43,010 bases of DNA from Edaphobacter sp. (GTDB lineage Bacteria > Acidobacteriota > Terriglobia > Terriglobales > Acidobacteriaceae). A model generated the notes under the pieces. The model did not search any database. It was given only the letters and a program-made list of their open reading frames with translations, and was not told the DNA's origin. Location: contig DATMPD010000111.1 of the NCBI GenBank assembly GCA_035567955.1, positions 1 through 43,010 on the forward strand, written 5' to 3'. This document shows positions 27,954-37,574 of the stretch, piece by piece. The position numbers were made by a program, and so were the translations under genes. Each line of letters opens with the position of its first letter. Position 1 is the first letter of the stretch.

Positions 27954-29147
27954 GTGATGCGCTTAGGTTTTTCCGCTGGACGAATGTTGTTCCTGACGAT
28001 GGTGTTCACGATGGCGGCCTCTTCCGGGCTGGCGCTCGACAACGGCCTGGCCAGAACGCCGCCCATGGGTTGGAACAGCTGGAATAAGTTCGCATGCAAA
28101 GGCCTCAACGAGAAAGTAGTACGCGAGACGGCCGACGCGATGGCCAGCAACGGCATGAAGGACGCCGGCTACCAGTTCGTCATCCTCGACGACTGTTGGC
28201 AGACCGGGCGGGACGCAGCCGGAAACATCCTGGCCGACCCGGAGCGCTTTCCCTCCGGCATCAAGGCACTCGCCGACTATATCCACGGGAAAGGGTTGAA
28301 GCTCGGCATCTACACCGATGCGGGAACGCTGACCTGCGCCAAACGTACAGGTAGCATCGGACACGAATATCAGGACGCAAAGCAGTACGCCAACTGGGGT
28401 GTCGATTATCTGAAGGAGGATTGGTGCAACACCCTGCCCGGACAGAACAGCGAATCCTCCTACACCTTGATGCGCAACGCGCTCGCCGAATCGGGACGGC
28501 CTATCGTCTTCAGCATATGCGAATGGGGGTCAACCAAGCCGTGGCTCTGGGCCGGCCCGGTCGGCAATCTATGGAGAGCAACCCCCGATATTCAGGATTG
28601 TTGGGACTGCAAGAAGACATGGGGCGGCGGTGGCGTATCGCAGATTCTCGACCTGATGAATGGACTGGAGAGCTATGCCGGCCCAGGACACTGGAACGAT
28701 CCCGACATGCTCGAGGTCGGCAACGGCGGGATGACCAAGGAAGAGTACCGGACACACTTCAGCATGTGGGCCATGTTCGCGGCGCCGCTGCTCGCAGGCA
28801 ACGACATCGCCAACATGACCGCGGATACAAAAGAGATCCTGCTCAACAAAGACGTCATCGCGATCGATCAGGATGCGCTCGGACAGCAGGGACGAAGAGT
28901 GAAGAAGACCGGCGATCTCGAGGTCTGGTCGAAGCAGCTGCAGGATGGCGGCCGAGCCATTGCGCTGCTCAACCGAGGAGCGGCGACCGCAAAGATCTCG
29001 GTAGCCTGGACCGATATCGGCTACCCGGATACCGTCTCCGCAAACGTCCAGGATCTGTGGACAAAAAAGGATTCATCGGCGGTGAAAGGCGGCTATTCCG
29101 CCGAGGTCCCCAGCCACGGCGTAGTGATGGTGCGAGTGAAGCCATAG
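27954..29147 (+). CDS. Secreted alpha-galactosidase, GH27
   Basis: Signal peptide, LDNGLARTPPMGWNSWN, LDDCW, DYLKEDWC, WNDPDMLEVG; C-terminal beta-sandwich; start GTG 27954 or ATG 27957. Confidence 0.95.
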   Translation: MMRLGFSAGRMLFLTMVFTMAASSGLALDNGLARTPPMGWNSWNKFACKGLNEKVVRETADAMASNGMKDAGYQFVILDDCWQTGRDAAGNILADPERFPSGIKALADYIHGKGLKLGIYTDAGTLTCAKRTGSIGHEYQDAKQYANWGVDYLKEDWCNTLPGQNSESSYTLMRNALAESGRPIVFSICEWGSTKPWLWAGPVGNLWRATPDIQDCWDCKKTWGGGGVSQILDLMNGLESYAGPGHWNDPDMLEVGNGGMTKEEYRTHFSMWAMFAAPLLAGNDIANMTADTKEILLNKDVIAIDQDALGQQGRRVKKTGDLEVWSKQLQDGGRAIALLNRGAATAKISVAWTDIGYPDTVSANVQDLWTKKDSSAVKGGYSAEVPSHGVVMVRVKP

Positions 29148-29153
29148 CATTCT

Positions 29154-29675
29154 TTATGTCGAACGCTGATCGTCTCGCAGACGTTTTTCATAGCAGAAAA
29201 AGCGCAGCCCAGGCCGGAACTCGAGGCCGATCTCCCCGGCAAGCTGGTAGCCCAGCTTCGGAAAAAGCCGCTGCGTCGCCGCGTTCTGCGTGTTGGTGTC
29301 GACGCGTAATACGAAGATGCCGCGTTCGGCTGCGACCTCCTCCGCCTTCTGCATCAGAGCGCCGGCTATCCCAGCCCCGCGAAATGCAGGGTCGACCGCA
29401 AGCCGATGCACCACCACGGCAGGTTCGTTAATGTCCCACCCCACCTGCGCATAATCCGGCTCCTGATCCATGGTGATCGCGGCCAAACCGCCGATGCCGC
29501 CCCCTGCGTCGGCAACCCAAAGTTGTCCAAGATCGATGTCGCGCTGAAAAACTGTTTCGTTGGGATAGGTCTCATCCCATTGCAGATTGCCCGCCGCGCG
29601 CATAAGAGGAACGACCCGCCGCATGAGCTCCATCAGCGCCGGAACATCCTCACGAATGGCGAGCCGTATTCGCAT
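29154..29675 (-). CDS. GNAT family N-acetyltransferase
   Basis: HRLAVDPAFRGAGIAGAL acetyl-CoA motif A; VDTN..N.A...LF.KLGY. Confidence 0.9.
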   Translation of the reverse strand: MRIRLAIREDVPALMELMRRVVPLMRAAGNLQWDETYPNETVFQRDIDLGQLWVADAGGGIGGLAAITMDQEPDYAQVGWDINEPAVVVHRLAVDPAFRGAGIAGALMQKAEEVAAERGIFVLRVDTNTQNAATQRLFPKLGYQLAGEIGLEFRPGLRFFCYEKRLRDDQRST

Positions 29676-29744
29676 GATCTCCGTTTCACAATCGTTAGCG
29701 ACGGTCCTCGTTACATAAGGCGAAAGGTTACCTAATGCGAAGGG

Positions 29745-30020
29745 TTACATAATGCGAAACCGCTCGCGCATGAGTCGCTGGAAACGTGGCCGCCAGATCA
29801 GATCATAGGCGAGTTCCTTGCCCGGAAACATAGCGAGCGCCGCCTTCCTGCTATCGGCGATCATCTGTGCCGCATCATCGATCGTCAGCGACTGGTCCTG
29901 GGCGATCACCTGCATCACCATGTTCATCATCATCTGCAGCCGGCGGATCAGCTTCTGCTCCTCCGCCCGCTCCTCTGCGCTGATCGCAACGACGTCTACG
30001 CTCGTCTCATTCAACTCCAT
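29745..30020 (-). CDS. Small helical hypothetical protein (91 aa)
   Basis: GGAGG SD 6 nt before ATG 30020; plausible amphipathic helical sequence; co-oriented and tightly spaced after comEC. Confidence 0.75.
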   Translation of the reverse strand: MELNETSVDVVAISAEERAEEQKLIRRLQMMMNMVMQVIAQDQSLTIDDAAQMIADSRKAALAMFPGKELAYDLIWRPRFQRLMRERFRIM

Positions 30021-30048
30021 CGACAACCTCCCCCGATCAAACTCTCAC

Positions 30049-32880
30049 CTAATTAGACGCACCGACAATCTCACGGATTCCGCCGTCTCGGCCAAGTAGG
30101 AATGTAGTCAAGCCAAACTGATCCGTCCGGTACAGCTTAGTCCGAGCTTCAGCGATCCGTTCGATCACTTCATATCGGGGGTGCCCGAATGTATTCCCCC
30201 GTCCCACCGAAACCACCGCATCCTTCGGCGCAGCGGCATCGAGAAACTCCTGCGTCGTCGAGGTACGGCTTCCGTGATGCCCGACCTTAAGCAGAGTCAC
30301 GGCAGCGACCCGGCCGTGCGCCAGCATCTCTCGTTCGCTCGGTGCCTCGGCGTCGCCCTCGAGCAGCACAGACGATTTGCCATACTGCATCCGCATCACG
30401 AGCGAGTCATTGTTCACCGGCTCCCGAGGATTGTTGTAACCGGTCTCCGGCGCAAGTATAGTCACCTGCGTTCCGCCCCAGGCAAGCTGGTTTCCGGCAT
30501 AGAAATGGCGTATTTGTACTCCGAGGTCTTTGGCTTCCGACAGCAAGGCGCGGTACGCCTCCGAGTTGGGATCGATGCTGACCCAAAGCTCTCGTGGCCT
30601 GAAATTCCTCATCACCGCAGGCATCCCTCCCATATGGTCGCTGTGCGCATGGCTTAAGGCGAGCACATCGAGACGGCGAAACCGTCGCGACCAAAGGTAC
30701 GGAGAGACCACCTCTTCCCCTATGTCAAAACGGCTGGTCGCCTCGGCGGCCTCGGTCACTCCGCCCACGGGGCCACCTGCGTCGAGCAACATGGTCGATC
30801 CATCCGGGCCAACGATGAAGAGCGAATCGCCTTGACCGACGTCAATTGCCGTCACCTCCATCATTCCCGGCGAAACGACGACCGGCTCGGGCCATAGCAC
30901 CATCAGCGGAACAAGAGGCAATACGGCCACCGCGGCCCACGCCCATGCACGTGACCGGCGTACTGCCCAACAGCAGAAGGCCCACGTCACGATCGCCAAC
31001 AACGCCACCCACCAAACTGGCGCCGGAACCCGCAGATCTGCGGCACGCACTGCGCTCACACGGCCGATAACCCCTGCCACCCCATGCAGCAGCAGGCCAG
31101 TCGCAGCACCCGGCAACATAGCTACCCACGGACTAAGGAGCGACGCACAAAATGTGATAACTGCGATTGGAGCCAGCACGGCGACCAGTGGCACACTCAA
31201 CATATTGGTGGGTACAGCAAACATCGTGGCGCGATGGAAGTAGACCGCCATCGGCAGTACCATCACCATCTCCGCGACCGCGCCGATCAGCGCCAACTCC
31301 AGGGCCCAGAGGCTCCAGCGCACCACCAGGGGCGGCAGGCTGCGGGCCGAGTCTCCTGCGACACCTGCAATCGTTTCGCTCCACATGCGCAGCATCAGAC
31401 GAAACTGTGCCACGCGAGGCGGCAATTCGATGTCCTCCCACTTGTCCCAGAGATGCTCGGCCGCGTGGGCATACGGTAGAAAGCTCCGTTCGGCCAGCGG
31501 AACCGCGATGCCGCCGATTGCCACAATTGCAAGAAAGGTCATCTGGAAACTCGCTTCAAACAGAGCTGCCGGCGACCATACCAAAACGCCGAGGGCCGCC
31601 GCGCCGAGAGCGTTCAGGACATTCCGATCCCGCGACAGCAGGCGTGCCAGCAGAAAGACCGCAGTCATAAAAAGCGCGCGCTGCACCGGGGCGCCAAAGC
31701 CTGTCAGCAGGGCATATCCGAATGTGAGCGCGACAGTCACGAGTGTAGCTAACCACTCCCTCAGCTTCAGTCTGCGCGCGAGCCAGAACACTAGACCCGC
31801 GAGCAGGCCTACGTGCATGCCGGAGACGACGAACAGGTGAAACGAACCCGTTCGCTCAAATCCGATGCGTTGCGTCTTGTTCAATCCGGCACGGTCGCCA
31901 AACAGCATTGCATTCAACATCCCCGCGTCGTCCTGGCTGAGGCGCATGATTGCGGGAAGTCCGCGATTTGCCCTGGAGTGGACATAATCGGTCACCCGTC
32001 TTGAAGCCCAACTCTGTGCGGCGTAGATCCGGCACTGCACCTGTGCTGCGCGACTGACGTGTGTTGAAGGGCTTACGCCTGATTCGTCGAGCTGGGTGAT
32101 CTTCGAGGCTCGTACACTGGCATGAGCGCCTATGCCTTGCGCGAGAAGGTAGTCCGCATACTGCCATGCGCCCGGGTCGCGATATCGTTCCGCCAACTTG
32201 ATTCTCAGCGGGGCTTCCACTAGGTCGCCGCATCGCATCGTGGGGAAGACTTGCCGTGCAGCCGCGCTGGGTGTTCCATGACTGGCTAGTTTGTCTGCGA
32301 TCACATTCAGTCGCATACCGCCCGTCATGGGGAGCATTCGCGAGATGTCAGGCGTTACTTCCTCGATGGAATCGACCTCGATATCGATCGAGAGCACGCC
32401 CAAGGCCGCCGCTTCCTCGTCAGCCTCCTTCTCAGGCCACCAGCCTGTCTCTTTATCAAGATCGGAGTCATTTTGTTGAGGAGCCAGCTCGCGCACCCGG
32501 ACAACGCGACCGCGAAGCTGACGGCTGAGGCCATCCGCATAGCTCGCCAAGGCGTGTTGGGTGGGAGGAGCAGGTTGCATCTCGGCACACCAACAACCAA
32601 TCGCCATCCAGACCGCAGCCAGCGGCACGATCGCCATTCTCAGGGAACATCGCAGGGCGGCAAGTGTCAGGAGCGACAATAACAAAATCGCAATGAGCAG
32701 GACGACCGCCGGCTGCCGGTTACGTGAGATCGCTTCGCCTACCGCAAACCAGCACACCGCCGCCAACAGAGGAGCGCGCCGAAACTCGAGCGTGGGTATG
32801 CGTGCAGCCGCCTTCGGCCAGAGATCAGGATTCGGCGCGTTCACTCTTCCGGTCTTCAACGCTCTGCCTGCGGACCGCAC
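30049..32880 (-). CDS. comEC: ComEC/Rec2 competence channel with metallo-beta-lactamase domain
   Basis: HLFVVSGMH competence motif, SFQMTF, DVGQGD, SHAHSDHMGG, KVGHHGS, FGHP. Confidence 0.93.
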   Translation of the reverse strand: MRSAGRALKTGRVNAPNPDLWPKAAARIPTLEFRRAPLLAAVCWFAVGEAISRNRQPAVVLLIAILLLSLLTLAALRCSLRMAIVPLAAVWMAIGCWCAEMQPAPPTQHALASYADGLSRQLRGRVVRVRELAPQQNDSDLDKETGWWPEKEADEEAAALGVLSIDIEVDSIEEVTPDISRMLPMTGGMRLNVIADKLASHGTPSAAARQVFPTMRCGDLVEAPLRIKLAERYRDPGAWQYADYLLAQGIGAHASVRASKITQLDESGVSPSTHVSRAAQVQCRIYAAQSWASRRVTDYVHSRANRGLPAIMRLSQDDAGMLNAMLFGDRAGLNKTQRIGFERTGSFHLFVVSGMHVGLLAGLVFWLARRLKLREWLATLVTVALTFGYALLTGFGAPVQRALFMTAVFLLARLLSRDRNVLNALGAAALGVLVWSPAALFEASFQMTFLAIVAIGGIAVPLAERSFLPYAHAAEHLWDKWEDIELPPRVAQFRLMLRMWSETIAGVAGDSARSLPPLVVRWSLWALELALIGAVAEMVMVLPMAVYFHRATMFAVPTNMLSVPLVAVLAPIAVITFCASLLSPWVAMLPGAATGLLLHGVAGVIGRVSAVRAADLRVPAPVWWVALLAIVTWAFCCWAVRRSRAWAWAAVAVLPLVPLMVLWPEPVVVSPGMMEVTAIDVGQGDSLFIVGPDGSTMLLDAGGPVGGVTEAAEATSRFDIGEEVVSPYLWSRRFRRLDVLALSHAHSDHMGGMPAVMRNFRPRELWVSIDPNSEAYRALLSEAKDLGVQIRHFYAGNQLAWGGTQVTILAPETGYNNPREPVNNDSLVMRMQYGKSSVLLEGDAEAPSEREMLAHGRVAAVTLLKVGHHGSRTSTTQEFLDAAAPKDAVVSVGRGNTFGHPRYEVIERIAEARTKLYRTDQFGLTTFLLGRDGGIREIVGASN

Positions 32881-32912
32881 TCACTAACCATTTCACCACA
32901 AGGCGACCGCGA

Positions 32913-34217
32913 TCACCGGCCTAAAATCGTCACCGTTTCCAGATGAAACGTCTGTGGAAACATATCGACCATGTGAACCTCCGCGATGTTGTAGCCAGCC
33001 GCGACGAGCAGTTTCAAGTCTCGGGCCAGAGTTACTGGATCGCAAGAGACGTAGACGATCTCCGGCGGCGAAATCCGCGCCAACAGGGCACAAACCTCCG
33101 CTCCTACGCCCGCCCTGGGAGGGTCCATCACGATCAGTTCCGGTCGCTCCCGCTGCACGACGGCGTTTCGCAAAAACTCCACCGTCGTAGTTTCGACAGC
33201 GCGCCTCCCTGGTCCCTTGAAAGAGATGGACAGATCGTGCCCCGCAGCTTCAACCGCGACGACTTGCTCAAAGGTTCTTGCGAGCGCTCGAGAAAACAAT
33301 CCGACGCCAGCGTATAAGTCCCATGCGACAGCGCCCCGCCGCCCCGCGGTCACAATTCGGACAAGCTCATCGACGAGGAAACGGTTGACCTGGAAAAAGC
33401 CGCCCCGACTGATCCAATAACCTTCATCGGCTACGGTGTAGTTCAATCCATCTGCGCCCCAGGTCTTCAACGGACGCGGACTTCGTACTCGCCGCTGCGG
33501 TTCCGAAGAGGGAAGCAGGGAGATGCCCGCTCCCACGATCTCAGGCACCAGCTCCTGCATCCGTTCGCAAAGCGCCTCAAACCCCGGCTGAACCTTCCTC
33601 ACAAAGAGTGTCATCTGCAGTTTCTTTTCATCACCCGTGGTGAAGAACTCGACCTCGCCCGCGCCGCGAAGTAAACGCCCTGCCGCGGAACCTTCTGCCG
33701 CAACTGTGAGGAGTGCCTCGGCCGCGCGCCATACTAAAGGCGCCGAGATTGGACACTCGTGAACGGCAAGAAACTCATTAGAGCCGCGCCTGTTGTAGCC
33801 AACTCTGAGGGTTGCCTCAATCTCTGCCATTCGTAGACGCGTTCGATTTCTGTAGGCCCAGGGTTCGCCTGTATGCGTCTGTATTGCTGGCAGCGTCGAT
33901 AATCCCACGCGCTCCAGAGTCTCCTGCAGAATCGCAACCTTCATTTGCACCTGAGCAGGATAAGCTGCGTGTTGGTAGTGGCATCCGCCGCATTGCCCGA
34001 AGTGAGCGCAGCGCGGCGTTACGCGATCTTCGGAGGCAATCAGAACTTGAAGCAGTGAAGCCTCTCCAAACGCATTTTTTTGTTCCAGAAGGCGCGCTTC
34101 GACGATCTCTCCGGGTAGTGTGAAGGGCACAAAGATGGCCTTGCCCGCACCTTCGCCTTCGGTTTGATGGGCCAACCCTGCCCCCCCATAGACTGCTTTT
34201 TCAATTTGTAACCTCAT
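32913..34217 (-). CDS. rlmD: 23S rRNA m5U methyltransferase (RlmD/TrmA family)
   Basis: TRAM N-domain, C-x5-CGGC Fe-S motif, FFQVN, DLYAGVG, DPPRAG, YVSCDP, DMFPQTFHLE. Confidence 0.9.
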   Translation of the reverse strand: MRLQIEKAVYGGAGLAHQTEGEGAGKAIFVPFTLPGEIVEARLLEQKNAFGEASLLQVLIASEDRVTPRCAHFGQCGGCHYQHAAYPAQVQMKVAILQETLERVGLSTLPAIQTHTGEPWAYRNRTRLRMAEIEATLRVGYNRRGSNEFLAVHECPISAPLVWRAAEALLTVAAEGSAAGRLLRGAGEVEFFTTGDEKKLQMTLFVRKVQPGFEALCERMQELVPEIVGAGISLLPSSEPQRRVRSPRPLKTWGADGLNYTVADEGYWISRGGFFQVNRFLVDELVRIVTAGRRGAVAWDLYAGVGLFSRALARTFEQVVAVEAAGHDLSISFKGPGRRAVETTTVEFLRNAVVQRERPELIVMDPPRAGVGAEVCALLARISPPEIVYVSCDPVTLARDLKLLVAAGYNIAEVHMVDMFPQTFHLETVTILGR

Positions 34218-34930
34218 TCGTGGCTCATGTAGAAGAGGCTGAGCCTGGGCAACTTGCGCATCTCGAGCATTCTTTTTTGGAGAAACTGTTGCTGTACTTG
34301 TTTAATCTGAACAGCCTGCATCTTCCCGCGATAGGGTGCCAGCTCTCTTGCCGCCTGTTCGCGCAGTGCGACAAGCTCTTCCTCTGGCGTTGACGTTAGG
34401 AGAGCCGCGAATATCTTCTCCTCAAGCACACTGAGCGTGCGGTCGAGCTCTTCAAGCGGCTGCATTGGTTCGGCGCGCAAGCCCACAGCCAAAGCCCGTA
34501 ATCGGCCTGTGACTTCAACAGCCACGGCATCGGCTGGAGGATTGAGCGTCACAGCCTCTACGACACCGGCGTTTTGTTCCAGATATCGGCTAACCCGTTC
34601 GGCTTCAAATCCGCTTTCCATAGCCTGGGCTCCGGCGGCTGGAGCAGTGCCGATCGACGCTTCCATCGCTTGTTCAACGGCTTCCATCACGCTCTGGGCA
34701 CACCATGCCAGACCATTCACCTTGCGGGTTCTGCCGGAAGAACGGAATGCCTTCGCATCATGCTTGTCAAAAGCGTTGTCGATGCCGCGCAGCACCGCCT
34801 CCAGCGGAACACCCGCCTCGCGCCAGGTTTCGATCAGAGCCCAATCCAGCGTGGAGAGCATTAGCAGGGAGCCGCGCCGTTGCTGAAACCGCTCTTCGAT
34901 CTCGGTAAAGTAGTTGAAGTAGTTCTGCAT
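34214..34930 (-). CDS. Hypothetical protein with DnaD-like N-terminal domain (inferred)
   Basis: 238-aa ORF with ATGA overlap to rlmD; LSTLDWALIETW...GVPLEAVLRGIDNAF resembles the DnaD/DnaB_2 helical pattern. Confidence 0.8.
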   Translation of the reverse strand: MQNYFNYFTEIEERFQQRRGSLLMLSTLDWALIETWREAGVPLEAVLRGIDNAFDKHDAKAFRSSGRTRKVNGLAWCAQSVMEAVEQAMEASIGTAPAAGAQAMESGFEAERVSRYLEQNAGVVEAVTLNPPADAVAVEVTGRLRALAVGLRAEPMQPLEELDRTLSVLEEKIFAALLTSTPEEELVALREQAARELAPYRGKMQAVQIKQVQQQFLQKRMLEMRKLPRLSLFYMSHE

Positions 34931-34974
34931 CGGCTCTTTTACACCTTAAGCCCGCGCAGTCGAACGCGTCTAAA

Positions 34975-35796
34975 CTACGCTCCGCGCTTCCTGTGCCGGT
35001 CGAGATTGCGTTCGTAGATGAGGCGCAGCCCGGTCAGGGTTAACATCTCGTCCACTGCGTTGATGTGTTTGGATCCACCTGCGATTAGCTTCGCAAGACC
35101 GCCTGTGGCTACGGTCTTAGTCCCGGGGCCAAGTTCTGCGATCATGCGTTCGAGGATCCCGTCGACCAGCCCGATGTAGCCGTAGTAGAGGCCGATCTGA
35201 ATGTTGTCGACCGTACCTGTTCCGATGACCTTCGCAGGCTTCTTGATATCCACGCGGGGCAGACGTGCCGCTCGGGAGAACAGCGCATCTGCGGAGATGC
35301 CAAGGCCGGGAGCGATTGCGCCGCCGAGAAACTCCCCTTTCTTTGAGAGCGCATCGAACGTAGTCGCGGTGCCCATATCGACCACGATGCACGGGCCTCC
35401 AAAGCGTTCGAATGCCGCGACACAGTTGACGATCCGGTCGGCGCCAAGCTCCGAAGGATTGTCCGTCAAGACGGGTATGCCGGTCTTAATACCGGGTTCA
35501 ACGAACATCGGCTTCACTTTGAAATAAAGCTCGCATACCTGCCGCAGAGTCGAGTCCAGTGGCGGCACGACCGACGAGATCGCAATGCCATCCACAACGC
35601 CAATTTCTAGACTTTTTAGCTCAAACAGATTGCGCAGTAGAACGCCGAACTCATCGCTCGTCTGCGCCGAAGAGGGCGTTGTGATGCGCCAATTCGCCAC
35701 CATCTCAGGCCCAGAAGCGGGTTCTGACGACTCGTTTGCCAGCCGGTAGAGTCCAAGGACTGTGTTGGTATTTCCTACGTCAAGTGCCAATAGCAT
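34975..35796 (-). CDS. coaX: Type III pantothenate kinase
   Basis: LDVGNTN, SSVVP, LGADR, VDMGTATT, GGAIAPG, ATGG. Confidence 0.96.
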   Translation of the reverse strand: MLLALDVGNTNTVLGLYRLANESSEPASGPEMVANWRITTPSSAQTSDEFGVLLRNLFELKSLEIGVVDGIAISSVVPPLDSTLRQVCELYFKVKPMFVEPGIKTGIPVLTDNPSELGADRIVNCVAAFERFGGPCIVVDMGTATTFDALSKKGEFLGGAIAPGLGISADALFSRAARLPRVDIKKPAKVIGTGTVDNIQIGLYYGYIGLVDGILERMIAELGPGTKTVATGGLAKLIAGGSKHINAVDEMLTLTGLRLIYERNLDRHRKRGA

Positions 35797-35816
35797 TGCT
35801 GCCTCTCCCGTGCCGA

Positions 35817-36632
35817 TTACTTCGCGCGAACCCCACCGGAGAGCACAGTGTGCAGCATGCCATCGTCTCCGGCAACACGCAAAAAGCCGCGTTCATCAAG
35901 CCCATCCGTCACGCCAGTATATCCGCCGGCCTCATCCACGCTGACGTGTTTGCCACGAACCCAGCTTGAAGATGCCGCAAATCGCTCCAGCAGCCTCGTC
36001 TCAATGCAGGTTCCGCACAACTCGGCTTCGAGCGATGCGCTCTCCTTATCCAGCGCCCGGAGAAATTTGATAAGAATCGTCTCACGCGCCCAGGTTCTTC
36101 CGCTTTCGCGCCGTAGAGAAGTGGCAATGGCCTCCAGTTCGGCAGGGAAACTCTGCTGATTTACATTGACGCCAACGCCGACGACTGCATAGCGCAGCAT
36201 CGTTGGTGCGTCTGGTTGCGAAACGACAGAGGAGGTTTCCACCAGGATGCCGCCGCACTTCCTACTACCGATCAAAATATCGTTGGGCCAGCGGATATCG
36301 GGCGCGAGGCTTGTTACGGTAGCGATAGCTGCCTGCACCGCCAACGCACTCGCGAGAGATAGCCATAAAGCGTCGACTAAGGTCATCCGCGGCCGCAGCA
36401 GCACGCTGACATACAACCCATCACCCGCAGGGGAGTGCCAGCTATGGTCGCTGCGCCCTCGCCCCGCGGTCTGTTCGTCGGCGACCCACACGCTGCCATG
36501 TGCGGCTCCCGACTGTGCTGCCTCCAACGCCAGCACGTTGGTCGATCCCACAGAGGCAAGGTGTTGGAAGTTGTTAAAGGGGGTGCCTGTTAAAGCCGTT
36601 GCGACGCCGGGTAGATCGAACGAATCGGCCAA
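35817..36632 (-). CDS. birA: Biotin-protein ligase (no N-terminal HTH)
   Basis: STN, QTAGRGR, WPND, KCGGILVE, GVGVN; TTG start just after nadC. Confidence 0.92.
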   Translation of the reverse strand: MADSFDLPGVATALTGTPFNNFQHLASVGSTNVLALEAAQSGAAHGSVWVADEQTAGRGRSDHSWHSPAGDGLYVSVLLRPRMTLVDALWLSLASALAVQAAIATVTSLAPDIRWPNDILIGSRKCGGILVETSSVVSQPDAPTMLRYAVVGVGVNVNQQSFPAELEAIATSLRRESGRTWARETILIKFLRALDKESASLEAELCGTCIETRLLERFAASSSWVRGKHVSVDEAGGYTGVTDGLDERGFLRVAGDDGMLHTVLSGGVRAK

Positions 36633-36639
36633 GCTGTCC

Positions 36640-37524
36640 TCAGTAGATATCTGCTGTGATTCGCATGCTCAGGTCCGCGGCTGCGGCTGAGTGGGTCAGG
36701 GCACCAACGGAGACGAAGTCCACCCCGGCCAGCGCGTACTTCCGTACCGTTTTCAGATTCATATTGCCGGATGCTTCAATCGGAACCTTGGGCAGCTTCG
36801 CGCGAATCTCTTTGACTGCTTTCTTGACCTGGGACGGTGTCATGTTGTCGAGCAGGATCGACTCTGCGCCGCCGGCGATGGCTTGCTCCAATTCGGCCTG
36901 GGTACGGACTTCAACCTGGATCCATTGTGTGCTCTTGCGATTTTTCAGTGCACGTTCGAGCACAGCGGGAAGGCCGCCGCCGAGGGAGATGTGATTGTTT
37001 TTGATGAGGATGCCGTCCTGCAGATCGAGGCGGTGATTGACGCCGCCGCCGCAGCAGACCGCGTATTTATCGAGCACTCGCAGGCCGGGGATGGTCTTGC
37101 GGGTGTCGAGGACTTTGGTTTTTGTGTTGGCTACGGCTTTTACGAACTCGTTGGTGAGGGTGGCGATGCCGCTCATGCGCTGCATCAGGTTGAGGATGAC
37201 GCGCTCGCAGGAGAGGATGGCGGCGGCGTTGTGGCGGATGACGGCGAGGGTCTGGCCTTTTTTCACCTTGACGCCGTCGAAGATCTCGGGGTGGCTGACG
37301 ACTTCGAAGCGGCCCACCGGCGTGGCGGACATCTTCGCGAAGATGTCTAGAAACACAGGGATACAGCCGAGACCGGAGACGACGCAGGCTTGTTTGGCGA
37401 TGATGGTGCCGGAGGCGCGCAGGTTGGCGGGGATGGTTAAGGCGGTGGTGATATCGTTGGCGACTTTGTCTTCGGCCAGTGCTGCTTCAAGGATGGTGCC
37501 TACCCGTTTACTCTTCCAGTCCAT
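36640..37524 (-). CDS. nadC: Quinolinate phosphoribosyltransferase
   Basis: ERVILN, SGIAT, DTRKTIPG, NHR, LIKNNH, EV, LLDN, EASG, SVGALTHS. Confidence 0.96.
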   Translation of the reverse strand: MDWKSKRVGTILEAALAEDKVANDITTALTIPANLRASGTIIAKQACVVSGLGCIPVFLDIFAKMSATPVGRFEVVSHPEIFDGVKVKKGQTLAVIRHNAAAILSCERVILNLMQRMSGIATLTNEFVKAVANTKTKVLDTRKTIPGLRVLDKYAVCCGGGVNHRLDLQDGILIKNNHISLGGGLPAVLERALKNRKSTQWIQVEVRTQAELEQAIAGGAESILLDNMTPSQVKKAVKEIRAKLPKVPIEASGNMNLKTVRKYALAGVDFVSVGALTHSAAAADLSMRITADIY

Positions 37525-37574
37525 TTAGTCATCCTAAACCTGTTTATTTCAGAAAAAATTATTGGCGGCGGGAA

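Noticed and set aside
35817-36632. BirA lacking a DNA-binding domain as a truncation or pseudogene
   Set aside because: Monofunctional biotin ligases without an HTH are common; catalytic motifs are intact.
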